Both the position numbers and the translations under genes were made by a program. Positions 8,284 to 17,311 of a DNA stretch of 64,000 nt are shown piece by piece. The notes beneath the pieces are model-generated. The model worked only from the letters and a program-made list of their open reading frames with translations, had not been told where the DNA came from and did not search any database. The first letter of the stretch is position 1. Each line of letters starts with the position of its first letter. Origin of the DNA: an uncultured Candidatus Saccharibacteria bacterium (GTDB lineage: Bacteria; Patescibacteriota; Saccharimonadia; Saccharimonadales; JAGQNJ01); contig CAZPVO010000001.1 of the NCBI GenBank assembly GCA_964590205.1, positions 111,873-175,872 on the forward strand. The letters run 5' to 3'.

Positions 8284-8865
8284 ATGCTGTACGTTATTCT
8301 GGCGGTCGTAGTTGTATTGCTGCTCGCGCTGGTTTTCATTTATAACAGTTTAGTTAAATCAAAAGTTCGTGTTGATGAGGCTTGGAGCGACATTACGGTG
8401 CAACTCAAGCGTCGTGCCGATTTAATCCCAAACTTGGTTAATACTGTAAAAGGTTACGCTAAGCACGAAAAGACCGTGTTTGAGGATGTGACTAAAGCTC
8501 GTGCGGCCGTTACTGCCGCCCAAGGTCCGGCTGAAACAGGAAAGGCTGAGAATCAATTCCAAGCAGCTTTGAAGAGCTTGTTTGCGGTTGCCGAAGCTTA
8601 CCCAGATCTAAAGGCCAACGACAACTTTAAGCAACTCCAAGAAGAGCTTGTCGATACTGAAGATAAAATTCAGGCTTCTCGCCGATTTTACAATGGCTCA
8701 GTTCGTGATCTGAACACTAAGATTCAAACGTTCCCAACCAACATTTTTGCTGGCATGATGGGCTTTAAGATTCGCGAATTCTTTGAGGTTGACGAGGGCG
8801 AAGCTGCAAATATTGCTAAGCCGACAGATGTAAACTTCGACGACGAAGACGCAGAGAAAAAGTAA
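8284..8865 (+). CDS. lemA: LemA family protein
   Basis: N-terminal TM helix followed by '[33 protein letters not shown]'. GGGAGG Shine-Dalgarno. Confidence 0.85.
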   Translation: MLYVILAVVVVLLLALVFIYNSLVKSKVRVDEAWSDITVQLKRRADLIPNLVNTVKGYAKHEKTVFEDVTKARAAVTAAQGPAETGKAENQFQAALKSLFAVAEAYPDLKANDNFKQLQEELVDTEDKIQASRRFYNGSVRDLNTKIQTFPTNIFAGMMGFKIREFFEVDEGEAANIAKPTDVNFDDEDAEKK

Positions 8866-8884
8866 CCCTAATCTACGATAGTGT

Positions 8885-9757
8885 ATGTATAGCGAGATTG
8901 CGGCCAACAAGCGCAAGACAGTCATTATGATGATTCTGTTTGTGATTTTGGTGGGCGCACTCGGTTGGTTGTTCAGTGAATTTATGGGCCAGCCATCGAT
9001 AACACCATATGTTTTGATTGGCGCGCTAGTATACGCCTTGATAAGTTACTACAGTTCGTCAAAAGTGGCTTTAGCACTCAACGGTGCGCACGAAATTGCT
9101 AAGCGTGACGATCCCAGGCTATATCGAATCGTTGAAAATTTGAGCATCACAGATGGCTTACCAACTCCAAAAGTCTATATAGTTGACGATCCTGCGCCAA
9201 ACGCCTTTGCTACGGGTCGTAATCCGCAGGATGCTGCTGTTTGTGTGACAACTGGACTGCTCAACATGATGGATGACAACGAGCTGCAGGGTGTTATTGC
9301 CCATGAACTTGGACATGTCAAAAATTATGATATCCGGGTGTCGATGATTGCGTTTGCACTAGTGGCAGTTGTTTCAATCATTGCTGATATTATGCTTCGC
9401 ATGTGGTGGTTTCGTGATAACGACAGCGAAGCTGGTTCGATCTTTTTCGTGGCTGGCATTATCGGTGCAATTTTAGCGCCGGTTGTGGCTTTCATGATTC
9501 AAATGTCAATTTCGCGCAAACGTGAATTTTTGGCTGATGCGACAGGAGCATTAACAACTCGTTATCCAGAAGGATTAGCCAGTGCGCTTGGGAAAATCAA
9601 AAAGTCAGGCAGTGTTATGAAAAAACAAAATGCCTCAACAGCACATTTGTTTTTTAGCAATCCTCTCAAGCAAAAAGCTTTTAGTAATTTATTTAGCACA
9701 CACCCGCCAATTGATGAGCGAATTGCTAAACTACAATCAATGGGGACACATCAATAG
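8885..9757 (+). CDS. htpX: M48-family zinc metalloprotease HtpX
   Basis: 'HELGHV' HExxH motif, 4 TM helices, and the C-terminal 'STHPPIDERI' motif. Confidence 0.85.
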   Translation: MYSEIAANKRKTVIMMILFVILVGALGWLFSEFMGQPSITPYVLIGALVYALISYYSSSKVALALNGAHEIAKRDDPRLYRIVENLSITDGLPTPKVYIVDDPAPNAFATGRNPQDAAVCVTTGLLNMMDDNELQGVIAHELGHVKNYDIRVSMIAFALVAVVSIIADIMLRMWWFRDNDSEAGSIFFVAGIIGAILAPVVAFMIQMSISRKREFLADATGALTTRYPEGLASALGKIKKSGSVMKKQNASTAHLFFSNPLKQKAFSNLFSTHPPIDERIAKLQSMGTHQ

Positions 9758-9759
9758 TT

Positions 9760-10716
9760 ATGGCAACAAGTAAAAAATCATCACCAGTTAACGAAACACG
9801 AAAACCACGCCGACAACTTAAGGCGCCAAAATATAAGACGTTTCGCATGCACAAACGCATCAAAAGCCCGCAAGCTAAACTACCATCAATTTGGAAACTT
9901 TGGAAAACTGCGTTCACACAATTGCTTTCACATAAGCGTATTTTTATTGGCATTACTTTAATTTATGCGCTGTTGATGTTGATATTAGTTCGCGGACTGA
10001 GCGGAGGATTAAGCGCCTATCAGCTTAAACAAAGCATTGATGCGACTGTTCATGGTACAGGAGGTAAGTTTGAAAGCTCATTTGCTGTATTCACCGTGCT
10101 ACTTGGCTCGGCCAGTTCAAGCCAAGGCGACCTTGGAGGATTGTACCAGTCGTTAGTTTTAATCATTGCTACCCTCGCTTTTATTTGGGCGCTGCGTCAA
10201 ACACAGTCTAACTCTAAGAAAAAAGCTACTGTTAAAGACTCGTTTTATCTTGGGTGTGCACCAGTAATTCCATTTATAGTAGTGCTTTTTATTATTAGCT
10301 TACAATTATTTCCAATTGCTATAGGTAACTTGATGTATTCATTTGTAATTGTTGGTGGGTTTGCTGCAAGCTCCATCGAAAAAGCCCTTTGGTTTATTAT
10401 GATCGGTTTGCTATTTTTGCTATCGTTTTACATGATTTCATCATCTATTTTTGCTCTGTTCATTGTAACCTTACCAGACACACGACCGATGCAAGCTTTG
10501 AGAGCAGCACGCGAGCTAGTACGCTATCGTCGCTGGGCGGTGCTAAGAAAAGTAATTGTGTTGCCGATAGTATTATTTTTATTGCTAGCATTGGTCACTC
10601 TACCTTCATTGTTAATCATCCCTTATGTTGCGGAGTGGATATTTTTTATAGCAACGATGCTAGTTCTGCCAGTGTTGCTAAGTTATATGTATGCGCTGTA
10701 TAGGGCGATGCTATGA
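9760..10716 (+). CDS. polytopic membrane protein with a basic N-terminus
   Basis: ORF track. Multiple TM helices. Starts 3 nt after the htpX stop. Confidence 0.6.
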   Translation: MATSKKSSPVNETRKPRRQLKAPKYKTFRMHKRIKSPQAKLPSIWKLWKTAFTQLLSHKRIFIGITLIYALLMLILVRGLSGGLSAYQLKQSIDATVHGTGGKFESSFAVFTVLLGSASSSQGDLGGLYQSLVLIIATLAFIWALRQTQSNSKKKATVKDSFYLGCAPVIPFIVVLFIISLQLFPIAIGNLMYSFVIVGGFAASSIEKALWFIMIGLLFLLSFYMISSSIFALFIVTLPDTRPMQALRAARELVRYRRWAVLRKVIVLPIVLFLLLALVTLPSLLIIPYVAEWIFFIATMLVLPVLLSYMYALYRAML

Positions 10717-12743
10717 GCAAGCTAAGCAAAGCCGAAGCTGCTAAGCGAGTCGAAAAACTTCGTGAACTCATCAATGAATATCGTTATGAGTACCATGTAA
10801 ATGACCGCTCAATCATGAGCGAACCAGCTGCTGATAGTTTGAAACATGAGTTGTCCGAACTCGAGAGTGAGTACCCGGAATTGATAACACCTGATTCACC
10901 AACTCAGCGAGTGGCAGGTGAACCATCAAAAAAATTTAAATCAGTTGAGCATACCGAACGAATGCTGAGCTTGAATGATGTGTTTGATGAGTCTGAACTG
11001 ACAGCCTGGGAAACGCGCATAAAAAAACTACTTGATGATAAAGGCAATATTGAATATTTTGGGGACCTTAAAATGGACGGCTTTGCCTGTGCATTGGTGT
11101 ATGAAGACGGGCTGCTTGTACGCGCGGTAACGCGGGGTGACGGATATGTGGGCGAGGATGTAACTGCCAATGTGCGAACGCTGGAGTCTGTACCGCTGCG
11201 ACTCAAAAATTCTAAAAAGTCTGCTCACTTTTTGATTGGTCGCACGGAAATCCGTGGCGAAATTGTTATGTACAAATCAGATTTTGAAAAACTCAACAAA
11301 GCTCGCGAGGCTAAAGGACAACCGCTGTTTGCCAATCCGCGAAACACAGCTGCAGGAACGATTCGCCAGCTCGATCCGAAACTCGTGCAAGCCCGGCCAC
11401 TACATTTTAGAGCTTATGATTTGCTGCGTGACAATGCTGGCGACATTCCAACATATAAATTTGCTTATGATACATTGGGCGAGCTTGGCTTTTTGCGTAA
11501 TAAAGACGCACCGGTTTTTAAAACCACTAAACAGGTTTTAGATTTTGCCGATGAGTGGGAAGACAAACGTCATAAACTGGCTTTTAATACTGATGGCCTA
11601 GTCGTTAAAATTAACGACCGACAAGTTTATCGCAAGCTCGGAGTTGTCGGTAAAGCACCACGGGGAGCCGTAGCCTACAAATACCCAGCCGAGCAATCAA
11701 CCACAAAAGTTAAAGATATTTTTGTATCGATTGGCCGAACCGGTGCCGCAACACCTGTCGCTATGCTTGACCCTGTCGTAGTTGCTGGAAGTACTGTGCA
11801 AATGGCCACGCTGCATAATGAAGGCGAGGTTGCACGCAAAGACATTCGAATCGGTGACACGGTTGTAATTCATAAGGCTGGCGATATTATTCCTGAAGTT
11901 GTTGAGCCGCTGGTAAAACTCAGAACAGGCAAAGAACAGCCATTCAAAATGCCCACTAACTGTCCGGATTGCAATACAAAACTCGTCAAACTAAAGGCCG
12001 ATGAAGCTGTCTGGCGTTGTCCAAATGAACACTGTCCATCCAGGTCGTGGAAACGCATTGAACATTACGCCAGTAAGGCTGCTCTTGATATCGAAGGCAT
12101 GGGCGAAAAAAATGTTATTGCACTTTTAGAAGCTGGGCTCATTAAAGACACTGCTGATATTTATACGCTTAAGGCCGAACATGTGGTCAAACTTGATCGC
12201 TTTGCCGAGATATCATCTAAAAAATTAGTTGACGCAGTTGCTGAGAAAAAAGAACCGCTATTGGCACGCTTTATTTATGGTCTTGGCATTCGTCATGTTG
12301 GTTCACAAACTGCAGTTGATCTGGCAAATCATTTTCGTAATCTGAACGCAATTAAAGCGTCAACCATTGATGAACTGAGTGATGTCGAAGGCATCGGTGA
12401 AGTTGTCGCCGAATCGATTGTCGAGTGGTTTGCTGAGCCGGCTAATCAAAAACTATTAGATAAATTCCAAAAGTTCGGTGTGAGGCCAGTTGAAGTTAAA
12501 AAAGTTGGTGGCAAATTAGTTGGCATGGGCTTCGTGGTGACCGGTACACTTGATAAATTTGAGCGTGAAGAAGCCGCCGAAGCGATTCGCTCGCAGGGCG
12601 GAACTTTTCAAAGCAGCGTTGGTAAAGACACAACTTATGTTGTGGTCGGAGAAAACCCTGGCAACAGTAAACTCACCAAAGCTGAAAAGCTCGGTACTAA
12701 AGTAATTGACGAACAAGCCTTTATTGACATATTAGAGAAGTAG
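10713..12743 (+). CDS. ligA: NAD-dependent DNA ligase
   Basis: Adenylation motif 'DLKMDG', Zn finger 'CPDCNTKLV...WRCPNEHCP', HhH repeats and a C-terminal BRCT domain. ATGA overlap with the upstream gene. Confidence 0.95.
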   Translation: MSKLSKAEAAKRVEKLRELINEYRYEYHVNDRSIMSEPAADSLKHELSELESEYPELITPDSPTQRVAGEPSKKFKSVEHTERMLSLNDVFDESELTAWETRIKKLLDDKGNIEYFGDLKMDGFACALVYEDGLLVRAVTRGDGYVGEDVTANVRTLESVPLRLKNSKKSAHFLIGRTEIRGEIVMYKSDFEKLNKAREAKGQPLFANPRNTAAGTIRQLDPKLVQARPLHFRAYDLLRDNAGDIPTYKFAYDTLGELGFLRNKDAPVFKTTKQVLDFADEWEDKRHKLAFNTDGLVVKINDRQVYRKLGVVGKAPRGAVAYKYPAEQSTTKVKDIFVSIGRTGAATPVAMLDPVVVAGSTVQMATLHNEGEVARKDIRIGDTVVIHKAGDIIPEVVEPLVKLRTGKEQPFKMPTNCPDCNTKLVKLKADEAVWRCPNEHCPSRSWKRIEHYASKAALDIEGMGEKNVIALLEAGLIKDTADIYTLKAEHVVKLDRFAEISSKKLVDAVAEKKEPLLARFIYGLGIRHVGSQTAVDLANHFRNLNAIKASTIDELSDVEGIGEVVAESIVEWFAEPANQKLLDKFQKFGVRPVEVKKVGGKLVGMGFVVTGTLDKFEREEAAEAIRSQGGTFQSSVGKDTTYVVVGENPGNSKLTKAEKLGTKVIDEQAFIDILEK

Positions 12744-12838
12744 GTTATGCTTAAAGCAGTGTCAGGCGCATGGCGGCCGAAACACAAAAACTAAAACAAA
12801 AGTTACACTCGCCGCCGGGTGGGCGCGCCTGAGCTACC

Positions 12839-12868
12839 AAGTTGCTACTCAAGCAACTTTTTTATTTT
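12839..12868 (+). terminator. rho-independent terminator of ligA
   Basis: Stem AAGTTGC/GCAACTT followed by TTTTTATTTT. It overlaps the 3' end of the convergent gene. Confidence 0.6.
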
Positions 12869-13478
12869 CAGGCTTTTTGTATCCGTACAAATAAAACAGC
12901 GCAGCAATAAAAGTTACGCCGTAGAAATACCAAATATCTCTGAGCCAGCCCATTTGCAGATTGCCACCAAGCTTAAGACTGTGAACCAAAATCAAAATCA
13001 TGGCACCGTCACTGGCGTACTGCACATATTTCCACCAAGGCTTTTTGTTGAACTTGCGTCGGAATTCATAGGCCAGAAATGTGAGCAGTGCAATCGTTCC
13101 AAGTGTGCCAAACCAATGCATTGGCTCACCTAAATAATGCCAGTAACTTAATGGTGGCAAACCAAAACCATCGCGCCATAACTGCCACCAAAAAATACCT
13201 GGGTGTACACAAATCGCAAACAATACAACTAAGCTTGTTATTTCGAAGTATTTCTTGGTTACATTACTCTCCAAACCATGAAATTTCTTTCCAGCTGCCA
13301 CAATGTAGTGCGACCACATAATGCTAAATGCCAACAGGCCAAAAAGAGGGAAAAGCGAGTAGCTACTAATATTTGAAGTGTTCCAGGCAATGCGTTGCCC
13401 CCAAGAAATAAAGGCAAGGGCTGCGACAAAAATGCTGAGTAACCAAGCAAATATGATGAATCGACGTTCGTTTGACAT
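12849..13478 (-). CDS. polytopic membrane protein, unknown function
   Basis: ORF track 12849..13517 (GTG). ATG 13478 is preferred: 'MSNERRF' then a TM helix, with TATAAT 6 nt upstream. Confidence 0.6.
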   Translation of the reverse strand: MSNERRFIIFAWLLSIFVAALAFISWGQRIAWNTSNISSYSLFPLFGLLAFSIMWSHYIVAAGKKFHGLESNVTKKYFEITSLVVLFAICVHPGIFWWQLWRDGFGLPPLSYWHYLGEPMHWFGTLGTIALLTFLAYEFRRKFNKKPWWKYVQYASDGAMILILVHSLKLGGNLQMGWLRDIWYFYGVTFIAALFYLYGYKKPENKKVA

Positions 13479-13484
13479 ATGATT

Positions 13485-13490
13485 ATTATA
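13485..13490 (-). promoter_or_regulatory. -10 TATAAT 6 nt upstream of ATG 13478
   Basis: Minus strand reads caagtTATAATaatcatATG. Confidence 0.45.
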
Positions 13491-13634
13491 ACTTGTTTTA
13501 TTGGCTCGGAGGTACACCTCGCTACGCTCCAGCTCCTGACGTAGCGAACGAACCCACAGCTTACACGGTACAGGTTCTCGTCGCGCGTATCACAGACCAT
13601 CAAAAAAGACCTACCTACGGCAGGCCTTCTTTGA

Positions 13635-13722
13635 TGGTGCGCGAGGTGGGACTCGAACCCACAAGCCTTATTCAGGCAACGGATTTTAAGTCCGTCGCGT
13701 ATACCAGTTCCGCCACTCGCGC
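13635..13722 (-). tRNA. tRNA-Leu(TAA)
   Basis: Acceptor GCGCGAG/CTCGCGC, anticodon loop CTTAAAA, long variable arm, T-loop TTCGAGT, encoded CCA. Confidence 0.9.
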
Positions 13723-13766
13723 TTAAGGTGCATAGACTGGTTAACGGACTGATTATACCTCAGTAA

Positions 13767-14159
13767 CTACAAAAGTTTAAGGAGTTGTTTAGGTGTTTTG
13801 ACAACTTTATCAATCAGCGTATCACGGCATGGGTCACCTGTTTTAGTGCTTAGGGCAAAAATTGGTTTGCCCAGCGCACAGGCATAAGCCATTTCCATGG
13901 TCACGCTCACCCCAGCATAATCATCTTTGTTATAAATAAAGCAAACTTCACTTTTTTTGATCCAATCAAAATGTTCGAGCGTTAAACCCTTGAAGAATTT
14001 TTGGGTTACAAACTCTGAACCTAACTTTGTATCTTCTTCATATGGTGGATCATTAAAACTAGGCTCAAAGACTAGCACGCCGGCTTTTCGAAGCTCGTTA
14101 CAGAACTTGTCGATCTCTTTGTAATACTTTTTTGAACCACACACCACAACAGACTTCAT
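13767..14159 (-). CDS. nucleoside 2-deoxyribosyltransferase-like protein
   Basis: Rossmann-like 'VVVCGS' N-terminus, and 'GVSVTMEMAYACALGKPIFAL' resembles the catalytic-Glu motif of the NDT/Rcl superfamily. Confidence 0.5.
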   Translation of the reverse strand: MKSVVVCGSKKYYKEIDKFCNELRKAGVLVFEPSFNDPPYEEDTKLGSEFVTQKFFKGLTLEHFDWIKKSEVCFIYNKDDYAGVSVTMEMAYACALGKPIFALSTKTGDPCRDTLIDKVVKTPKQLLKLL

Positions 14160-14165
14160 AATAAA

Positions 14166-14174
14166 AGTGTATCA
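14166..14174 (-). promoter_or_regulatory. extended -10 (TGaTACACT) 6 nt upstream of ATG 14159
   Basis: Reverse complement of 14166-14174. Confidence 0.45.
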
Positions 14175-14214
14175 AAAAAGCATGTAATTTGATCACCGAG
14201 ATCAAATTACATGC
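14174..14214 (-). terminator. rho-independent terminator after tRNA-Cys
   Basis: Perfect 15-bp stem GCATGTAATTTGATC/GATCAAATTACATGC (14180-14214), followed on the minus strand by TTTTTT. Confidence 0.7.
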
Positions 14215-14288
14215 TGGAGGTGCGTACGGGTAACGCTCCCGTCTAACAGGTTTTGCAGACCTGTACCTAACTTCTCGGCCAACGCACC
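14215..14288 (-). tRNA. tRNA-Cys(GCA) with non-canonical D- and T-loops
   Basis: Acceptor GGTGCGT/ACGCACC, discriminator U73, encoded CCA, anticodon arm CAGGT-CTGCAAA-ACCTG, T-stem ACGGG/CCCGT. The T-loop is AGCGTTA and the D-loop has no GG. Confidence 0.75.
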
Positions 14289-14347
14289 ATAATTACCAGT
14301 GTATTCTAGCAAAAAACTCTTATCTTTAGTATGGCAAGATCAGGAGT

Positions 14348-14881
14348 TTAGGATTCAAGCGGCGGCCATGGAACACGAACTAATCGATCTGGGTTATCCC
14401 CACCAAGTCTGCCATCAAAAACTGTCCATTGTAAAACGTTAACTTTGTAGACACCATGTGGTGGAATTTCTGGCTCAGGATGGTTCAAATACTTGTCTAT
14501 TTCTTCGTCAGTGAAAGTTTCGTAAGTTCTAAAGGTATTGAGCGCCTCTTCAATTTGATCAGCATCATCTAAATGGACTGCGTCACCCTCAAACGAAAGA
14601 CCATGAGGCGGAGTGCTTTTAGTTTGTCCTTCTTCATGCATAGTTCCAGAAACTAAGGCCATAGCTCCAATATCCGCACAATTATCAATATACGTAGAAT
14701 GTATGCGGCTGGGAGAAGAAAAAGTTAGCAGATCTAATTTGGCTGTTGGCGCAAACCACATTGTTGCACTATGTGGCATACCATCATGAGAAACAGTAGT
14801 TAAAGTTAAGAGAGGCGACTCACTACGAGCAATGGTTTCAACTTCTGCATGCAATCTTCCAAGCGTTTCAGGACTTACCAT
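14348..14881 (-). CDS. pyridoxamine-5'-phosphate-oxidase-like (FMN-binding split-barrel) protein
   Basis: 'LTLTTVSHDGMPHSATMWFA' is typical of the PNPOx-like fold. AAGGAG Shine-Dalgarno. Confidence 0.45.
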   Translation of the reverse strand: MVSPETLGRLHAEVETIARSESPLLTLTTVSHDGMPHSATMWFAPTAKLDLLTFSSPSRIHSTYIDNCADIGAMALVSGTMHEEGQTKSTPPHGLSFEGDAVHLDDADQIEEALNTFRTYETFTDEEIDKYLNHPEPEIPPHGVYKVNVLQWTVFDGRLGGDNPDRLVRVPWPPLES

Positions 14882-14899
14882 AGAACTCCTTTGAAAAAT

Positions 14900-14936
14900 A
14901 CAATACGATACTATTGTAAACTTGTCAATAGTATCG
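14900..14936 (-). promoter_or_regulatory. TTGACA-N17-TATTGT promoter embedded in an 11-bp perfect inverted repeat
   Basis: Inverted repeat CGATACTATTG (14906-14916) / CAATAGTATCG (14926-14936). -35 at 14923-14928 and -10 at 14900-14905, both on the minus strand. Confidence 0.4.
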
Positions 14937-14938
14937 AT

Positions 14939-15448
14939 CTAGGAAGTTATTTCTCTTAAGAAGTTTCTCATGAATGCTCCGAACGATGCATTTCGAAAAG
15001 CTTTATCTTTGGCTCTTTGTGCGATGCGTAAATCTTTCATTTCACTTTTAGCAGCGTCGTCAATTATTGCGATTCTTCGATCGGCTTCCTTGCGGATTTT
15101 ATCTTGTCGTTCTTGAGCTGTTTTTGCCGGGCCACTGGCTGCACTGTCTGCAACGTTTATTAGCTGCTGACAGGCTTCAGCCAAAGAACCAAAAATTTCA
15201 GTTTCCCGCACGAAACTTCTATCAAGACACTCTTTCTGGCTACATCGTAGTTTGAGGATGTCTTTGCCACCATCACTCGCAACTAAAGCGGCTCGTCCAC
15301 AAAATTCTGAGGGGCACAATGGCCTTGTCGCAGTCATGATATCGTCAAAAAGTTCTTGAGCTGGCTTACCGGCTACTGCACTTATTGCATCAATGTCACT
15401 TGGTCGGCCTGTTTCTGCATCAGCTGCATTAAATTCAATGCGAGGCAT
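14939..15448 (-). CDS. hypothetical protein with a CxxxxC...CxxxxC motif
   Basis: ORF track. 'LCPSEFC...LRCSQKEC' suggests a Zn-ribbon-like motif. AAGGAG Shine-Dalgarno. Confidence 0.55.
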   Translation of the reverse strand: MPRIEFNAADAETGRPSDIDAISAVAGKPAQELFDDIMTATRPLCPSEFCGRAALVASDGGKDILKLRCSQKECLDRSFVRETEIFGSLAEACQQLINVADSAASGPAKTAQERQDKIRKEADRRIAIIDDAAKSEMKDLRIAQRAKDKAFRNASFGAFMRNFLREITS

Positions 15449-15517
15449 ATAAACTCCTTAGATTTCTCTCATTTATAAGTCAATGCTGCATGTTACGCAA
15501 GCATGAGGGGGTTGAGC

Positions 15518-15922
15518 TTAGGACTGGCCTGATTGACCAAGGTGTTTTTTGATTTGTTTCACAGCCACGGTCGCTATCGCAATTCCTGTACCAGCAAATA
15601 ATACGGTACCACCAATTTTTACGATAATGTGCCCATTCCCACTCTCGGGGATAATAACTTCAGCTGGACCATAGTGTTCATTTGGTTCAGTAGGATCTTG
15701 AGCAGGAATTGATGCGTTGTAAAGCCCTGAGTCGTCATGGAGTTCTGTTAACACAGCACTCGTGACAGATTTTCCTCTTCTGCGAAATTTTGATCGTTTT
15801 ATGGGCGGAACATCTCTATCAGTCTCCTCAGGCGGCGTTTCAAAATTTCCAGTCAGATGTAAGACAGTCACTTCTTTTGGCTCATGTTCGGCTGGATTTA
15901 TTTCAGGGCTAGGGACTGCCAT
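15518..15922 (-). CDS. hypothetical protein with a C-terminal TM helix
   Basis: ORF track. Starts 3 nt after the upstream stop. Confidence 0.5.
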   Translation of the reverse strand: MAVPSPEINPAEHEPKEVTVLHLTGNFETPPEETDRDVPPIKRSKFRRRGKSVTSAVLTELHDDSGLYNASIPAQDPTEPNEHYGPAEVIIPESGNGHIIVKIGGTVLFAGTGIAIATVAVKQIKKHLGQSGQS

Positions 15923-15925
15923 AAT

Positions 15926-16519
15926 TTATTCGCCGACGGTGCCAGTTTTGACTTTGCCGGCGCGTTTGTAATGCGCAAAGATTACACCCTTTGGTGTAAC
16001 CGAACTTTCAATTAGTTTAAAGGCTGCAGGAATTGTACCTTCTTCAAACAATTTTTTGCCTGTTCCAAGAGTCAGCGGGTGAGTAATCAACCACATTTCG
16101 TCGACTAAGTCATTCTTGAGTAGGGACTGAATAAGCTTACTGCTACCCCAAATTTTGATATCAGAACCCTTTGATTTTTTAAGTTTTTTTACGTCTTCAA
16201 CACTCTTTAAGAACACTGAATTTTGCCAGTCAGATGTTTTCTTAGTTTTGGATACACAGTATTTTGTGACATCGTTGATACCTGGCCACGCATCGGCGTG
16301 TTTTGGCCAATAACTTTCAAAAATATCAAAGGTTTTTCTGCCTAACAAAATATCCACGGGCTTCATAAGTTTTTCCATGTTCTTGGCAGAAGTCTCGTCA
16401 AAATAGGGTGCTTGCCAACCGCCATACTTAAAACCGCTTGTTTTATCTTCGTCGGGTCCACCGGGAGCCTGCATAACTCCGTCCATAGTAAGAAATGACA
16501 TTACAGTTATTTTTCGCAT
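15926..16519 (-). CDS. dihydrofolate-reductase-like (RibD C-terminal domain) protein
   Basis: 'ITVMSFLTMDGVMQAPGGPDED' and 'KIWGSSKLIQSLLKNDLVDEMWLITHPLTLGTGKKLF'. Confidence 0.7.
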   Translation of the reverse strand: MRKITVMSFLTMDGVMQAPGGPDEDKTSGFKYGGWQAPYFDETSAKNMEKLMKPVDILLGRKTFDIFESYWPKHADAWPGINDVTKYCVSKTKKTSDWQNSVFLKSVEDVKKLKKSKGSDIKIWGSSKLIQSLLKNDLVDEMWLITHPLTLGTGKKLFEEGTIPAAFKLIESSVTPKGVIFAHYKRAGKVKTGTVGE

Positions 16520-16528
16520 GTTTTTATT

Positions 16529-17230
16529 TTAATCTTCTTTTGGCTTTAATTCTATCCCGCCCGTATAGCCCATCTGCCGCTCAGCACGTATGTGCAGCAT
16601 TTCATTAATCAGGTTTGTCTCTTTGGCGTAGGCTTCCTGGACGGCTTTACCAATCTCATTAAAAATTGGTAAGTATGGCACGTAGGTTGCTGCAGATTCG
16701 TCAGTTGAATGTTCGTTATCTGTCACTGCAGTTTTAATTTCTTCAAAACTGCGTCCAACATGGCAGCCCAAACTAAAAAGTGGTCCATCTGTCGAGCCAT
16801 ATATTGTGATAACACGATTTTTTTTGCCAAAGTTTCCTATGTGAGTAATTGTTCGTTGAGTCGGTACAATTGCGCCTTCACCAAGTTCAACTTCGTTGTG
16901 TAAAAGCACCTTGGGTCCAACGCTTGCACCGGCACCAATTTCTCGAGCAGCAGTCGAATGCTTAGATACATCATCTGGGCAGATAGTGGCCCCGGCCATA
17001 ATTAATGTCAGGTTTGATACTGTAACATTTGGGCCAATTACGACCCCAGCATCAATATAAGAACCCAGACCAATTGTAGAATCGTGTCCAATCCATACAT
17101 GTTGGCCAATATGGGCGTCAGGTTGGACTTTAACACCAGGCTTAATATTAGCGAATGCCTCTACAGTTGCACAGCTAGAAACATATGCTGTTTCGTCGAT
17201 TCTAGCGTCAAGGTCGATGAAATATTCCAT
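16529..17230 (-). CDS. hexapeptide-repeat (left-handed beta-helix) protein with a unique C-terminal domain
   Basis: Repeated [LIV]-G-x4 hexads across residues ~20-130. Start moved to ATG 17230 (TATGGT 6 nt upstream). Confidence 0.6.
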   Translation of the reverse strand: MEYFIDLDARIDETAYVSSCATVEAFANIKPGVKVQPDAHIGQHVWIGHDSTIGLGSYIDAGVVIGPNVTVSNLTLIMAGATICPDDVSKHSTAAREIGAGASVGPKVLLHNEVELGEGAIVPTQRTITHIGNFGKKNRVITIYGSTDGPLFSLGCHVGRSFEEIKTAVTDNEHSTDESAATYVPYLPIFNEIGKAVQEAYAKETNLINEMLHIRAERQMGYTGGIELKPKED

Positions 17231-17236
17231 TGGACT

Positions 17237-17242
17237 ACCATA
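17237..17242 (-). promoter_or_regulatory. -10 TATGGT 6 nt upstream of ATG 17230
   Basis: Minus strand reads ttgTATGGTagtccaATG. Confidence 0.35.
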
Positions 17243-17311
17243 CAACTTAGTAGCAACACAGTCAATAATGCTGGTTAACTTTTGATCACTTCTACTAATT
17301 CAACTTGATAG

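Noticed and set aside
10389-10703. 104-aa plus-strand ORF in an alternative frame of the membrane-protein gene 9760..10716.
   Set aside because: It is an overlapping same-strand frame with no independent start signals. The longer ORF has coherent TM-helix structure.
13259-13726. ORFs 13259..13603 (-) and 13472..13726 (+).
   Set aside because: They span the tRNA-Leu(TAA) gene, its terminator and a promoter region, with no coding signals.
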